A DNA stretch of 64,000 nt from Isoptericola halotolerans (GTDB lineage Bacteria > Actinomycetota > Actinomycetes > Actinomycetales > Cellulomonadaceae), in NCBI RefSeq assembly GCF_013149785.1, contig NZ_JABEZU010000001.1, forward strand, positions 744,001-808,000, written 5' to 3'. The translations under genes and the position numbers were made by a program. The notes beneath the pieces are model-generated. The model saw only the letters and a list, made by a program, of their open reading frames with translations, was not told the origin of the DNA and did not search any database. Positions 1-9,544 of the stretch are shown piece by piece. Position 1 is the first letter of the stretch. Each line of letters starts with the position of its first letter.

Positions 1-1242
1 CTGCAGGCGTGGCTCGGCGACGCGATGGCCGGCCCGACGCCGGTCTCCGCCCTGATCCACGCGGCCACGATGGTCACCGCGGGCGTCTACCTCCTGGTGC
101 GCTCCGGGCCGGTCCTCGAGGCCGCCCCGGACGCCCAGCTCGTCATCGCCGTGGTCGGTGCGCTCACCCTGCTGTTCGGGGCGGTCGTCGGCTGTGCCAA
201 GGACGACATCAAGAAGGCGCTGGCCGCCTCGACGATGTCGCAGATCGGCTACATGATGCTGGCGGCGGGCCTGGGCCCGGTCGGCTACGCGTTCGCGATC
301 TTCCACCTGGTGACGCACGGCTTCTTCAAGGCGGGCCTGTTCCTCGGGGCCGGCTCGGTGATGCACGCGATGGACGACGACGTGAACATGCGCCGCTTCG
401 GCGGCCTCGCCCGGCTGCTCCCGGTCACGGCGATCACGATGGGCCTGGGCTGGCTCGCCATCCTCGGTGTCCCGCCGTTCTCCGGCTTCTACTCCAAGGA
501 CAAGATCATCGAGGCGGCGTTCGTCGGCGAGGGCTGGCGGCCCTGGGTCTTCGGCACCGTCGCGCTGCTCGGCGCGGGGATCACCGCCTACTACATGTCC
601 CGGTTGTTCTTCATGACGTTCATGGGCCGACGCCGGTGGGTCACCGAGCTCGCCGGCGGTGCGGGGCGCGAGGGTGGGTCGGACGGCACCCCCGTGCGGC
701 ACCCGCACGAGTCGCCGTGGCTCATGACGCTGCCGATGATCGTGCTGGCCGTGGGGTCGGTGGGGCTCGGGTTCGCGCTCAACGCGGGCGAGCGGTTCGT
801 GCACTTCCTGGAGCCCGTGACGGGCCATGCCGAGCACCACGACCCGGTGCTGCCGATCTGGCTGATCATCACGCTCACCCTGACGCTGGTGGCCGCCGGG
901 CTGGCGCTCGCCTTCGTGCAGTACGCGATGCGTCCGGTACCGACGACGCCGCCTCCCGCTCCGGCGGTGGTCCGTGCGGCCCGGGTGGACCTGCACCAGG
1001 ACGACGTCAACGAGGCGGTCGTCATGTTGCCGGGGAAGGTGCTGACCCGCTCGCTGGTCTTCGCCGACCGGACCGCCGTCGACGCCGGGTGGCTGGGGCT
1101 GGCCGGGGGAGTGGGACGGTTCGGCACCTGGCTGCGGGGGCTGCAGTCCGGCTACGTCCGGCAGTACGCCGCGATGACCCTGGGCGGTCTCGGTGTGATC
1201 GTGCTCGTGATCTGGCTGTTCTCCGGCCAGGGGGCGAGCTGA
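1..1242 (+). CDS. nuoL: NADH-quinone oxidoreductase subunit L (5' partial)
   Basis: Frame open from base 1 ([31 protein letters not shown]). Contains [10 protein letters not shown] and GFYSKD motifs and precedes nuoM/nuoN. Confidence 0.96.
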   Translation: MQAWLGDAMAGPTPVSALIHAATMVTAGVYLLVRSGPVLEAAPDAQLVIAVVGALTLLFGAVVGCAKDDIKKALAASTMSQIGYMMLAAGLGPVGYAFAIFHLVTHGFFKAGLFLGAGSVMHAMDDDVNMRRFGGLARLLPVTAITMGLGWLAILGVPPFSGFYSKDKIIEAAFVGEGWRPWVFGTVALLGAGITAYYMSRLFFMTFMGRRRWVTELAGGAGREGGSDGTPVRHPHESPWLMTLPMIVLAVGSVGLGFALNAGERFVHFLEPVTGHAEHHDPVLPIWLIITLTLTLVAAGLALAFVQYAMRPVPTTPPPAPAVVRAARVDLHQDDVNEAVVMLPGKVLTRSLVFADRTAVDAGWLGLAGGVGRFGTWLRGLQSGYVRQYAAMTLGGLGVIVLVIWLFSGQGAS

Positions 1243-1245
1243 GAC

Positions 1246-2868
1246 ATGGAAGGGATGACGATGTCCAGCTTTCCCTGGTTGACCGCCCTGGTGGTGTGGC
1301 CGCTGGTCGCGGCCCTGGCGACGGTGCTCACGGGCGCCGGGCGCGGCCGTCCGGCCTCGGGAGCAGCGAGCGGCGGCGGCGCGTTCAGCGCCGGCTCGGC
1401 CCGCACGGTGGCTCTGGTCGGCTCCCTGGTGCAGGTCGCCCTGCTGGTCGGCGCCTTCGGGGCGTTCGACACCTCGACGGCGGGCACGCACCAGCTCACC
1501 GAGACCTACGCGTGGATCCCGGCGCTCGGGGCGAGCTACGCCGTCGGCGTCGACGGGGTGTCGCTGCTGCTGGTCGCCCTGAGCGTGGGGCTCGTGCCGC
1601 TGGTGATCCTGGCGGCCTGGCGCGAGCAGGGCGGTGACCACGTCCGGCTGCGGCGCTACCTGGCCACGGTGCTGGTGCTGCTGTCCTTCATGGTCGTGGT
1701 GTTCGCGGCGCGCGACGTGTTCCTCTTCTACGTGGTCTTCGAGGCCATGCTCATCCCGGCCTACTTCCTCATCGGCGGGTTCGGGCAGGGTGCGCAGCGA
1801 CGCTACGCGGCCGTGAAGTTCCTGCTGTTCTCCCTGGCCGGCGGGCTGGTCATGCTGGCCGCCGTGGTCGCGCTGTACCTGCAGGTACCGGTCGACCCGG
1901 CCACCGGGCTGCGTCCCGAGGACGCGTTCCTGACTGAAAATCTCACCGGTCTGGCGCTCGACCCCACGGCCGAGCGGCTGATGTTCGCCGCCTTCTTCCT
2001 GGCCTTCGCCATCAAGGCGCCGATGTTCCCGGTGCACACGTGGCTGCCGGACGTCACGCAGAACGCCACCCCGGGAACCTCCACGCTGCTGATCTGCGTC
2101 CTGGACAAGGTCGGCACCTTCGGGATGCTCACGCTGTGCCTGCCGCTGTTCCCGCAGGCGAGCCGATGGGCGGCACCCGCGATCATCGTGCTCGCGGTCA
2201 TCTCGATCCTGTACGGCGCGATCCTCGCGATCGGTCAGACCGACGTGCTGCGCCTCATCGGCTACACCTCCGTGTCGCACTTCGGGTTCATCATCCTGGG
2301 GATCTTCACCTTCACGTCGCTGGGCATCTCCGGGGCGAGCTTCATGATGCTCAACCACGGGATCTCCACCGGTGCGCTGTTCCTCCTGGCCGGGTTCACG
2401 ATCGCCCGGCACCCGCGGCGCAGCCAGCAGATCGCGGACTACGGCGGCATGCGCAAGGTCGCACCGGTCCTCGGGGGGACCTTCCTGGTCGCCGGGCTCT
2501 CGGCGCTCGCGCTGCCGGGTCTGGCGACGTTCGTCTCCGAGATCATGGTGTTCCTCGGGGCGTACGCACGGTGGCCCGCGGCGGTGCTGGTCGCTGTGCC
2601 CGCGGTCGTCCTGGCCGCGGTGTACGTGCTGCTCACCTACCAGCGCATGTTCACCGGCGAGGTGGGCGCCGAGGTCGTCGGCGCGAAGGACCTGGACGTC
2701 CGGGAGAAGACGGTCGCGGGGGTGCTCGTGGCCGCGCTGGTGGTCCTCGGGCTCGTGCCCGGACCGGCGCTGGACTACGTCCGTGAACCGGCGGGCGTGT
2801 CCGTCGAGCACGTGGGTGAGACCGATCCGGAGCCCGTGCTCGGGGCTCTCGAGGGGAGCGAGCAGTGA
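1246..2868 (+). CDS. nuoM: NADH-quinone oxidoreductase subunit M
   Basis: Polytopic membrane protein with FYVVFEAMLIP, AFAIKAPMFPVHTWLPD and YTSVSHFG motifs. Exact start uncertain (several nearby Met). Confidence 0.95.
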   Translation: MEGMTMSSFPWLTALVVWPLVAALATVLTGAGRGRPASGAASGGGAFSAGSARTVALVGSLVQVALLVGAFGAFDTSTAGTHQLTETYAWIPALGASYAVGVDGVSLLLVALSVGLVPLVILAAWREQGGDHVRLRRYLATVLVLLSFMVVVFAARDVFLFYVVFEAMLIPAYFLIGGFGQGAQRRYAAVKFLLFSLAGGLVMLAAVVALYLQVPVDPATGLRPEDAFLTENLTGLALDPTAERLMFAAFFLAFAIKAPMFPVHTWLPDVTQNATPGTSTLLICVLDKVGTFGMLTLCLPLFPQASRWAAPAIIVLAVISILYGAILAIGQTDVLRLIGYTSVSHFGFIILGIFTFTSLGISGASFMMLNHGISTGALFLLAGFTIARHPRRSQQIADYGGMRKVAPVLGGTFLVAGLSALALPGLATFVSEIMVFLGAYARWPAAVLVAVPAVVLAAVYVLLTYQRMFTGEVGAEVVGAKDLDVREKTVAGVLVAALVVLGLVPGPALDYVREPAGVSVEHVGETDPEPVLGALEGSEQ

Positions 2869-4595
2869 TGGAGTTCGAGGCACCTGTCATCGACTGGGCC
2901 GTGCTGTCGCCCGTCCTGGTCGTGCTCGCCGCGGGCGTGGTCGGCGTCCTGATCGAGGCGTTCGTCCCCGACCGGGTCCGGCGCGCCGTCCAGGTGGTGC
3001 TGACGCTGGCGGCGCTGGTCGGTTCGGTCGTGGCCGTCGCCCTGCTGTGGGACCGTGTCGCCACGGACGGGTTCGCGTTCGTGGTCAACGGCACGTTCCT
3101 GCTCACACCTTTCACCCTGGGGATCCAGGCGGTGGTGGCGGTCCTGGCGATCCTGGGCGTGCTGGTCATCGCGGACCGCACCCGCACGGGGGACGACGCC
3201 TTCGCGCCGACGGCGGCCGCCGTCCCGGGCACCACCTACGAGGACGCCGCCCGGGAGGCGGGCCTGCAGCAGACGGAGATCTACCCGCTGGTGCTGTTCG
3301 CGACCGGTGGCATGCTGCTGTTCCCCGCCACGGACAACCTCATCGTGCTGTTCATCGCCCTGGAGGTGCTGTCGCTGCCGCTGTACGTGCTGTGCGCGAC
3401 CGCGCGGCGCCGTCGGCTGCTCAGCCAGGAGGCCGCGTTCAAGTACTTCCTGCTCGGTTCGTTCGCGAGCGCCATCATGCTGTTCGGCATCGCGTTGGTC
3501 TACGGGTTCGCCGGCACCGTGAGCCTCGAGACGGCGCTGTTCCGCATGGCGCAACCGGGCGGCCCGATCCTCGAGCTCATGCCTGCCCTGGTGATCGCGG
3601 GGGTGCTGCTCATCACGGTGGGGCTGTTGTTCAAGATCGGTGCCGCCCCGTTCCACATGTGGACGCCGGACGTCTACCAGGGCGCCCCGACTCCCATCAC
3701 CGGGTTCATGGCGGCCTGCGTGAAGGCCGCTGCCGTCGGTGCGCTGGTCCGGGTGGTCTTCACGCTCTCGCTCGGCCTCGACGAGGAGCTGCGTCGCAAC
3801 CTCGAGGTCGGCCTGTGGGCCGTGGCGATCCTGACGATGCTGGTCGGGACCGTCGCCGGTGCGGTGCAGACCGACGTCAAGCGCCTGCTCGCCTACTCGT
3901 CGATCGCGCACGCCGGGTTCCTGACGGTGGCGTTCGTGGGCTTCTCCGAGACGGGCGCGCAGGCCGTGCTCTTCTACGTGCTCGCCTACGGGCTGGCGAC
4001 GCTCGGCGCGTTCGCGGTGGTGACGCTCGTGCGTGAGCAGGACGCCGACGGGGTGGTGCTCGGTGAGGCGACGCACCTGTCGCATTGGGCCGGGCTGGCC
4101 CGTCGTGCACCGTGGCTGGCCGCAGCGTTCTCGCTGTTCCTGCTCTCCATGGCCGGGATCCCTCTCACGGCAGGTTTCATCGCCAAGTTCGGGGTCTTCT
4201 CGGCGGCAGTCGTGGCGGGCGCGTGGCCGTTGGCGGTCGTCGGTGTGCTCGCCTCGGCGGTCGCGGTGTTCTTCTACGTGCGTCTCATCGTGCTCATGGT
4301 GCTCACTCCTCCCGCCGAGGACGCCGAGGGAGCCCAGGACGCCGAGGTCGCGACCGAGGGCCAGGATGCCCCCGACCTCGCCGCGGACGGTGCGGGGTCG
4401 AGCGCTGCGGCGGGCCGGACCCTGGCTCCTGCCAGGACGCTCCGGCGGGCGCCCGTCGTGGTGCTCTCGTCGCGGGGGTTCGCCACGGTCGCCATCGTGA
4501 TCTGCGCGGTCGGGGTCGTGCTGCTCGGTGTGGTCCCGCAGCTCGCGCTGGACTGGGCGGGCCAGGCGGCGTCGTTCCGGCCCGTGCAGCCGTGA
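2865..4595 (+). CDS. nuoN: NADH-quinone oxidoreductase subunit N
   Basis: EAAFKYFLLG, FKIGAAPFHMWTPDVYQGAP and KRLLAYSSIAHAG motifs. Overlaps the nuoM stop. Confidence 0.95.
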   Translation: MMEFEAPVIDWAVLSPVLVVLAAGVVGVLIEAFVPDRVRRAVQVVLTLAALVGSVVAVALLWDRVATDGFAFVVNGTFLLTPFTLGIQAVVAVLAILGVLVIADRTRTGDDAFAPTAAAVPGTTYEDAAREAGLQQTEIYPLVLFATGGMLLFPATDNLIVLFIALEVLSLPLYVLCATARRRRLLSQEAAFKYFLLGSFASAIMLFGIALVYGFAGTVSLETALFRMAQPGGPILELMPALVIAGVLLITVGLLFKIGAAPFHMWTPDVYQGAPTPITGFMAACVKAAAVGALVRVVFTLSLGLDEELRRNLEVGLWAVAILTMLVGTVAGAVQTDVKRLLAYSSIAHAGFLTVAFVGFSETGAQAVLFYVLAYGLATLGAFAVVTLVREQDADGVVLGEATHLSHWAGLARRAPWLAAAFSLFLLSMAGIPLTAGFIAKFGVFSAAVVAGAWPLAVVGVLASAVAVFFYVRLIVLMVLTPPAEDAEGAQDAEVATEGQDAPDLAADGAGSSAAAGRTLAPARTLRRAPVVVLSSRGFATVAIVICAVGVVLLGVVPQLALDWAGQAASFRPVQP

Positions 4596-4639
4596 TCCTC
4601 GGTTCGCCGCTGCCGTGCTCGGGCAGATAGGTTCGGACC

Positions 4640-5680
4640 GTGACCCGTGCTTCTGACGCCGTCGGCGCTGCCGCCGCGCTGCCGACCGCCATCCCCGTGA
4701 GCGACCCCGAGCTGGCGGACCGGCTCGCGGGACGGCTCGCGCTGGTCGACGCCGCGCTCGACGAGGCCGTGGCGTCCACCGATGCGCTGGCCGACGACGC
4801 GTCGCGCCACCTCATCGCGGCCGGCGGCAAGCGGTTCCGGCCGCTGCTGACCCTGCTCGCCGGCGAGCTGGGTGACGGCGCGGACCCACGGCTCGTCGAC
4901 GCCGCCGTGGTGGTCGAGCTCACGCAGGTCGCCTCGCTCTACCACGACGACGTCATGGACTCCGCCCCGGTGCGCCGGGGCGCGCCGTCGGTGCACTCGG
5001 TGTGGGGCAACACCGTGGCGATCCTCGTCGGGGACCTGCTGTTCGCCCGCGCGTCGGCCCTGGTGGCCGGCCTCGGCCCGGAGGCCGTCGTGCTGCAGTC
5101 GCGCACGTTCGAGCGGATGTGCCTGGGCCAGCTGCACGAGACGACCGGGCCGGCCGCGGGCGCCGACGCCGTGGAGCACTACCTGAAGGTGCTCAGCGAC
5201 AAGACGGCGTCGCTCCTGGCGACCTCGGCGCGGCTCGGTGCGATGTTCGGTGGCTGCTCGGAGCCGATCGTCGAGGCGGTCACGGGGTACGGCGAGAAGG
5301 TCGGGGTGGCGTTCCAGCTCGCGGACGACGTGCTCGACGTCGCCTCCTCGGGCGACGAGTCCGGCAAGACGCCCGGGACCGACCTGCGTGAGCACGTGCC
5401 GACGATGCCGGTGCTGCTGCTGCGCCGCCGCGTCGAGCGGGGTGAGGCGACGCCGTCGGACATCGAGCTGCTGGCCCGCCTGGACGGGGACCTGTCCGAC
5501 GACGCCGCCCTGGCCTCCGTGGTGGCGGACCTGCGCGAGCACGGCGTGCTGGCCGAGACCCGCGAGCTGGCCGTGCGCTGGGCACGCGAGGCGGCGGCCG
5601 AGCTCGCGCCGCTGCCCGAGGGCCCGGTCAAGCAGGCGTTCGACGACCTGGCGACGGCGCTGGCCGACCGGGCCGTCTGA
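4640..5680 (+). CDS. Polyprenyl diphosphate synthase (heptaprenyl/GrcC-like)
   Basis: GGKRFRP, first Asp-rich motif LYHDDVMD..RRG, second motif FQLADDVLD, and KT motif. Confidence 0.93.
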   Translation: MTRASDAVGAAAALPTAIPVSDPELADRLAGRLALVDAALDEAVASTDALADDASRHLIAAGGKRFRPLLTLLAGELGDGADPRLVDAAVVVELTQVASLYHDDVMDSAPVRRGAPSVHSVWGNTVAILVGDLLFARASALVAGLGPEAVVLQSRTFERMCLGQLHETTGPAAGADAVEHYLKVLSDKTASLLATSARLGAMFGGCSEPIVEAVTGYGEKVGVAFQLADDVLDVASSGDESGKTPGTDLREHVPTMPVLLLRRRVERGEATPSDIELLARLDGDLSDDAALASVVADLREHGVLAETRELAVRWAREAAAELAPLPEGPVKQAFDDLATALADRAV

Positions 5681-5708
5681 GGCCGGCCGAACCTCCCGGG
5701 GGCGAGGC

Positions 5709-6287
5709 TCAGGGCGCCGTGAGCCGGGCGGCCGTGAGCGCGAGAGCCGCGCCGACCAGCATGAACGGGCCGAACGCGATGGCGGTCTTCCGGGTGGCCC
5801 GCCGCGCCACGATGAGCGCGGTCGCCACGAGCCCGCCGAGGACGAACGGCAGCAGGGCGGTCGCCCAGAGCGTGCTCCAGCCGTACCAGGCGCCGACGAG
5901 CCCCAGCAGGACGGCGAGCTTCACGTCGCCCAGGCCGAGCCCCGACGGGCTGATCAGGTGCAGCAACAGGTAGCCGCACCCGAGGGCCAGGGCCCCGAGG
6001 AGCGCACGCAGCGCGGCGTCCCACGAGCCGTCGCCGGCTGCCGCCGCAGCGAGCAGGACGGCGACGACGGCGGTCGCCGGGTAGGTCAGGGCGTTGGGCA
6101 ACCGGTGGCTCGCGCCGTCGATCACACCGAGGGCGACGCCTGCCAGCGCCGCGACGACGAGCGCGGGCGTCGACCACCCCGGTCCGCTCGCCCAGACGGC
6201 CCAGACGGCGGAGACGGCGCAACCGACGGCGATGCGCCGCCGGTACGGCGTCACCTCGTGCAGGGCACGTTCGACGAGGGTGGGCAC
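5709..6287 (-). CDS. A24-family prepilin peptidase-like membrane protein
   Basis: VID...HRLPN, GLGLGDVKLA and IAFGPFM motifs. Start re-picked at GTG 6287. Confidence 0.85.
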   Translation of the reverse strand: MPTLVERALHEVTPYRRRIAVGCAVSAVWAVWASGPGWSTPALVVAALAGVALGVIDGASHRLPNALTYPATAVVAVLLAAAAAGDGSWDAALRALLGALALGCGYLLLHLISPSGLGLGDVKLAVLLGLVGAWYGWSTLWATALLPFVLGGLVATALIVARRATRKTAIAFGPFMLVGAALALTAARLTAP

Positions 6288-6399
6288 CTGAGGATCGTAG
6301 GCGAGACGAGGTGCGGCGTCGTCGCTGTCCACAGGCAGGCGGCGCACCGGTCTCGGGTAGTGTCCGCGTCGTCCTGCCGTCGACGGAGAGGCTCGATCT

Positions 6400-6999
6400 G
6401 TGAACGTCCGGAACATGCGCACCGTCTTCCTGGCCGCGATGGTCACGCTCGCCGCCGTGTCGGGGCTGCGCCTGGTGGCCGACGTGCGCGCCGGTGACAC
6501 CGACGCCGCGGCGATCTGGATCGGCCTGCTGCTCGTCGTCGTGATCCTCGCGGTCGTCTTCGCCACGATGTCCCGCCGTGTCGTGTCGTGCGCGGCCCGC
6601 GCCGCCCGGCACCGCCCGGGCATGGTGGTGGTCCCGGGCTTCACGACCGCGGAGATGCGGGACATTGCGCGCCACCAGGGCGCCTCGGCGCGTGGCTGGC
6701 TGGCGATGGGCGGCAGCCCGGTGGCCGTCGTCGTCACGCCCACGGAGCTCGAGGTGTGGGGACGTCTCGACGACGGACCACGCTGGGTGGTGCAGCGCAC
6801 GCCCGACGGCGTCACGGACGGTCCCGCGGTCTACGGCGGCCGGGAGGTGCCGGCGGTCTGGGCGCACGACGGCCTGACGGCGGTGGTGCTCGTCCCGGCC
6901 TACCGCCCGCTGCCGGCGATGGTCGGCCGGGTCGGGGCGGACGTCGACCGCGCCGTCGCCGAGCTGAGCGGTACGGCGCCGGTGCCCGGCGCGGGCTGA
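6400..6999 (+). CDS. Hypothetical membrane protein
   Basis: Two N-terminal hydrophobic segments, GC-rich third codon positions, fills an intergenic gap. No motif recognised. Confidence 0.6.
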   Translation: MNVRNMRTVFLAAMVTLAAVSGLRLVADVRAGDTDAAAIWIGLLLVVVILAVVFATMSRRVVSCAARAARHRPGMVVVPGFTTAEMRDIARHQGASARGWLAMGGSPVAVVVTPTELEVWGRLDDGPRWVVQRTPDGVTDGPAVYGGREVPAVWAHDGLTAVVLVPAYRPLPAMVGRVGADVDRAVAELSGTAPVPGAG

Positions 7000-7024
7000 G
7001 CGCCCCGCGCGCTGCGGTCCGCCG

Positions 7025-7867
7025 CTAGACCGCCACGAGGTCGCCGGCCGCCACGATCTGGACCACGCACAGGCCCGCGACGGCCATGCTGAGCAGGAAC
7101 GGTGCCCGGCTACGAGGCCGGACGACACCGAGGACGCCACCGGTGACGGCGAGGGCCAGGGCGAGGACGGTCAGGACGCTCCTCGTCGCCGAGGGCGTCC
7201 CGGCCGGCCCGAGGTACGTCACGAGGCTCCCCGCCGCCAGCACCAGCGGCGCGATCGCGCTGGAGGTCCGGCGACCCAGCCGGTGCGGCAGGCCGCGGAT
7301 CGAGGTCGCCGCGTCGTCGTCCAGGTCGGGCAGCACGTTGGCGACGTGCGCGCCGACGCCGAGCAGGGCACCGGCGAGCACCGCCCATCCGGCCACGACC
7401 TGGTCGCCACCACCACCGGCCACCACGAACGCGGGCAGCAGCCCGAACGCCACGGCATAGGGCAGCCACGACAGGACGGTCCGCTTGAACCACAGGTTGT
7501 AGGTCCAGCCGCCGGCGAGCACGCCGAGGTTGGCCAGGCCGGCGACCACGCCGACGCCGAAGCCGAGCACGGTGCTGACGGCCAGGGCCACGAACGCCGC
7601 GGTGCGCAGCGTCGCCGGGCTCACCCGGCCCGAGACCGTCGGCTTGTCGGACCGCCCCACCTGGCGGTCGCGGGCGGCGTCGAGCCAGTCGTTGCTCCAG
7701 CCGATGGAGAGCTGGCCCGCGCCGACGGCGGCCGTGACCACGAGGGCACCACCGGGGCTCGTCGCGACCTCCACGGCCAGCAGGGCGGCGAACAGGGTGA
7801 CCGCCGCGGCCGGTGCCGGGTGGGTGGCCGCGGCCATCGCGCGGACCTGCGATCCCAGTCTGGTCAT
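7025..7867 (-). CDS. UbiA-family prenyltransferase
   Basis: GWSNDWLDAARD..R.DKP..SG and NVLPDLDDD Asp-rich motifs, multiple TM helices. Confidence 0.9.
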   Translation of the reverse strand: MTRLGSQVRAMAAATHPAPAAAVTLFAALLAVEVATSPGGALVVTAAVGAGQLSIGWSNDWLDAARDRQVGRSDKPTVSGRVSPATLRTAAFVALAVSTVLGFGVGVVAGLANLGVLAGGWTYNLWFKRTVLSWLPYAVAFGLLPAFVVAGGGGDQVVAGWAVLAGALLGVGAHVANVLPDLDDDAATSIRGLPHRLGRRTSSAIAPLVLAAGSLVTYLGPAGTPSATRSVLTVLALALAVTGGVLGVVRPRSRAPFLLSMAVAGLCVVQIVAAGDLVAV

Positions 7868-7922
7868 GCCTGCGAACCTAGTGCCCGCGCGGCGAGGCCG
7901 CCGAGGTGCCACGATGCCTAGC

Positions 7923-9002
7923 ATGTCCCACGTGCTGGCCGTCGCCCCCGCACTACCCCCGGACGTCTACCCGCAGCAGCAGATCTCGGACGTGATCGTG
8001 CCGCTGCTCGCCCCGGAGGGACCCCGCCGCAGGCTCGCCCACCGGGTGCACGCCGCCTCGGGGGTCACCACCCGGCACCTGGCGCTGCCGATCGACGAGT
8101 ACGAGGACCTGACGTCCTTCGGTGACGCCAACGCCCACTTCGTCCGCGTCGGCACGGATCTGGCCGAGCAGGCGTGCCGGGCGGCGCTCGCGGACGCGGA
8201 CGTCGCACCCGACGAGATCGACCTGGTGTTCTTCACGTCCGTGACCGGGATCGGCGCGCCCTCGCTCGACGCCGCGCTGGTGCACCGCCTGGGGCTGCGG
8301 CCCGACGTCCGCCGCGTGCCGTCCTTCGGCCTGGGGTGCGCCGGCGGGGCGGCCGGGCTGGCGCACCTGCACGAGCACCTCGTCGGCCATCGCGACCGGC
8401 TCGCCCTGCTGGTCTCGGTGGAGCTGTGCTCGCTCACCTTCCAGCGCGACGACACCTCGACGGCCAACCTCGTCTCGTCGGGCCTGTTCGGCGACGGGGC
8501 GAGCGCCGTCGTCGTCGCCGGTGACGACGTGGAACCGCGGTCGGCCGCCGGGCCGCGCTTGGTCGGCACCCGCAGCCACCTGTACCCCGGGACGGCCCAC
8601 GCCCTGGGGTGGGACGTGCGGGACACCGGGTTCGGCATCGTGCTGTCTCCTGAGCTTCCCGATCTCCTGGGAGCGCACCTGGCCGGGGACGTCAAGGACC
8701 TGCTGGCACCTCAGGGGCTGACGGCGGACGACGTCGGCACGTGGGTGGTGCACGCGGGCGGTCCCAAGGTCGTGGACGCGGTCCGTGGCGCGCTCGACCT
8801 GCCGGAGAGCGCGGTCGCGCGCACCCGGGCGACGCTCGCGGCCGAGGGGAACCTGTCCTCCTCGTCGGTGCTGCACGTGCTCGCCGCGACGCTGGCCGAC
8901 GGTGAGCCGGCGCCGGGGGAGTGGGCCGTGCTCATGGCGTTCGGGCCCGGCGTGGCCACCGAGCTGGTGCTGCTGCGCGGACGTGAGGAGGCTGCCGCAT
9001 GA
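7923..9002 (+). CDS. Type III polyketide synthase (SrsA/Pks10-like)
   Basis: Catalytic triad present: GLGCAGG (Cys), VVHAGG (His), GNLSSSS (Asn). Also LFGDGA and AFGPG. Confidence 0.93.
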   Translation: MSHVLAVAPALPPDVYPQQQISDVIVPLLAPEGPRRRLAHRVHAASGVTTRHLALPIDEYEDLTSFGDANAHFVRVGTDLAEQACRAALADADVAPDEIDLVFFTSVTGIGAPSLDAALVHRLGLRPDVRRVPSFGLGCAGGAAGLAHLHEHLVGHRDRLALLVSVELCSLTFQRDDTSTANLVSSGLFGDGASAVVVAGDDVEPRSAAGPRLVGTRSHLYPGTAHALGWDVRDTGFGIVLSPELPDLLGAHLAGDVKDLLAPQGLTADDVGTWVVHAGGPKVVDAVRGALDLPESAVARTRATLAAEGNLSSSSVLHVLAATLADGEPAPGEWAVLMAFGPGVATELVLLRGREEAAA

Positions 9003-9544
9003 GCGTCGCGCTGTACGTCGCGCTCGTGGTGGCGACCGGGTTCGAGCGTCTCGCGGAGCTGGTGGTCTCCGCCCGCCACGCCCGCTGGTCGTTCGAGCGT
9101 GGGGGCGTCGAGTCCGGCCGCGGGCACTTCGGACCCATGGTGCTGCTGCACACCGGGCTGCTGGTGGCGTGCGTGGTCGAAGTGGTCGTGCTCGACCGCC
9201 CGTTCCTGCCGTGGCTGGGCTGGTCGATGCTCGTGCTCGTGCTGGTGAGCCAGGGGCTGCGCTGGTGGTGCATCGCCACGTTGGGCCCGCAGTGGAACAC
9301 CCGCGTCATCGTGGTGCCCGGGGCCTCGCTCGTGCGCCGCGGGCCGTACCGGTGGATCCCGCACCCCAACTACGTCGCGGTGGCCCTGGAGGGGATCGCG
9401 CTGCCGCTGGTGCACTCGGCGTGGATCACGGCCGTCGGCTTCACGGTGCTGAACGCCTGGTTGCTGCTGGGCTTCCGGATCCCGGCCGAGGAGCGGGCGC
9501 TGCGCCTCGCCGACGAGCCGACGCGGGGCGACGGCCGGCGGTGA
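8999..9544 (+). CDS. Isoprenylcysteine carboxyl methyltransferase family protein (SrsB-like)
   Basis: ERLAEL, LGPQWNTR, GPYRWIPHPNY and RIPAEE motifs. ATGA-coupled to the PKS. Confidence 0.9.
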   Translation: MSVALYVALVVATGFERLAELVVSARHARWSFERGGVESGRGHFGPMVLLHTGLLVACVVEVVVLDRPFLPWLGWSMLVLVLVSQGLRWWCIATLGPQWNTRVIVVPGASLVRRGPYRWIPHPNYVAVALEGIALPLVHSAWITAVGFTVLNAWLLLGFRIPAEERALRLADEPTRGDGRR

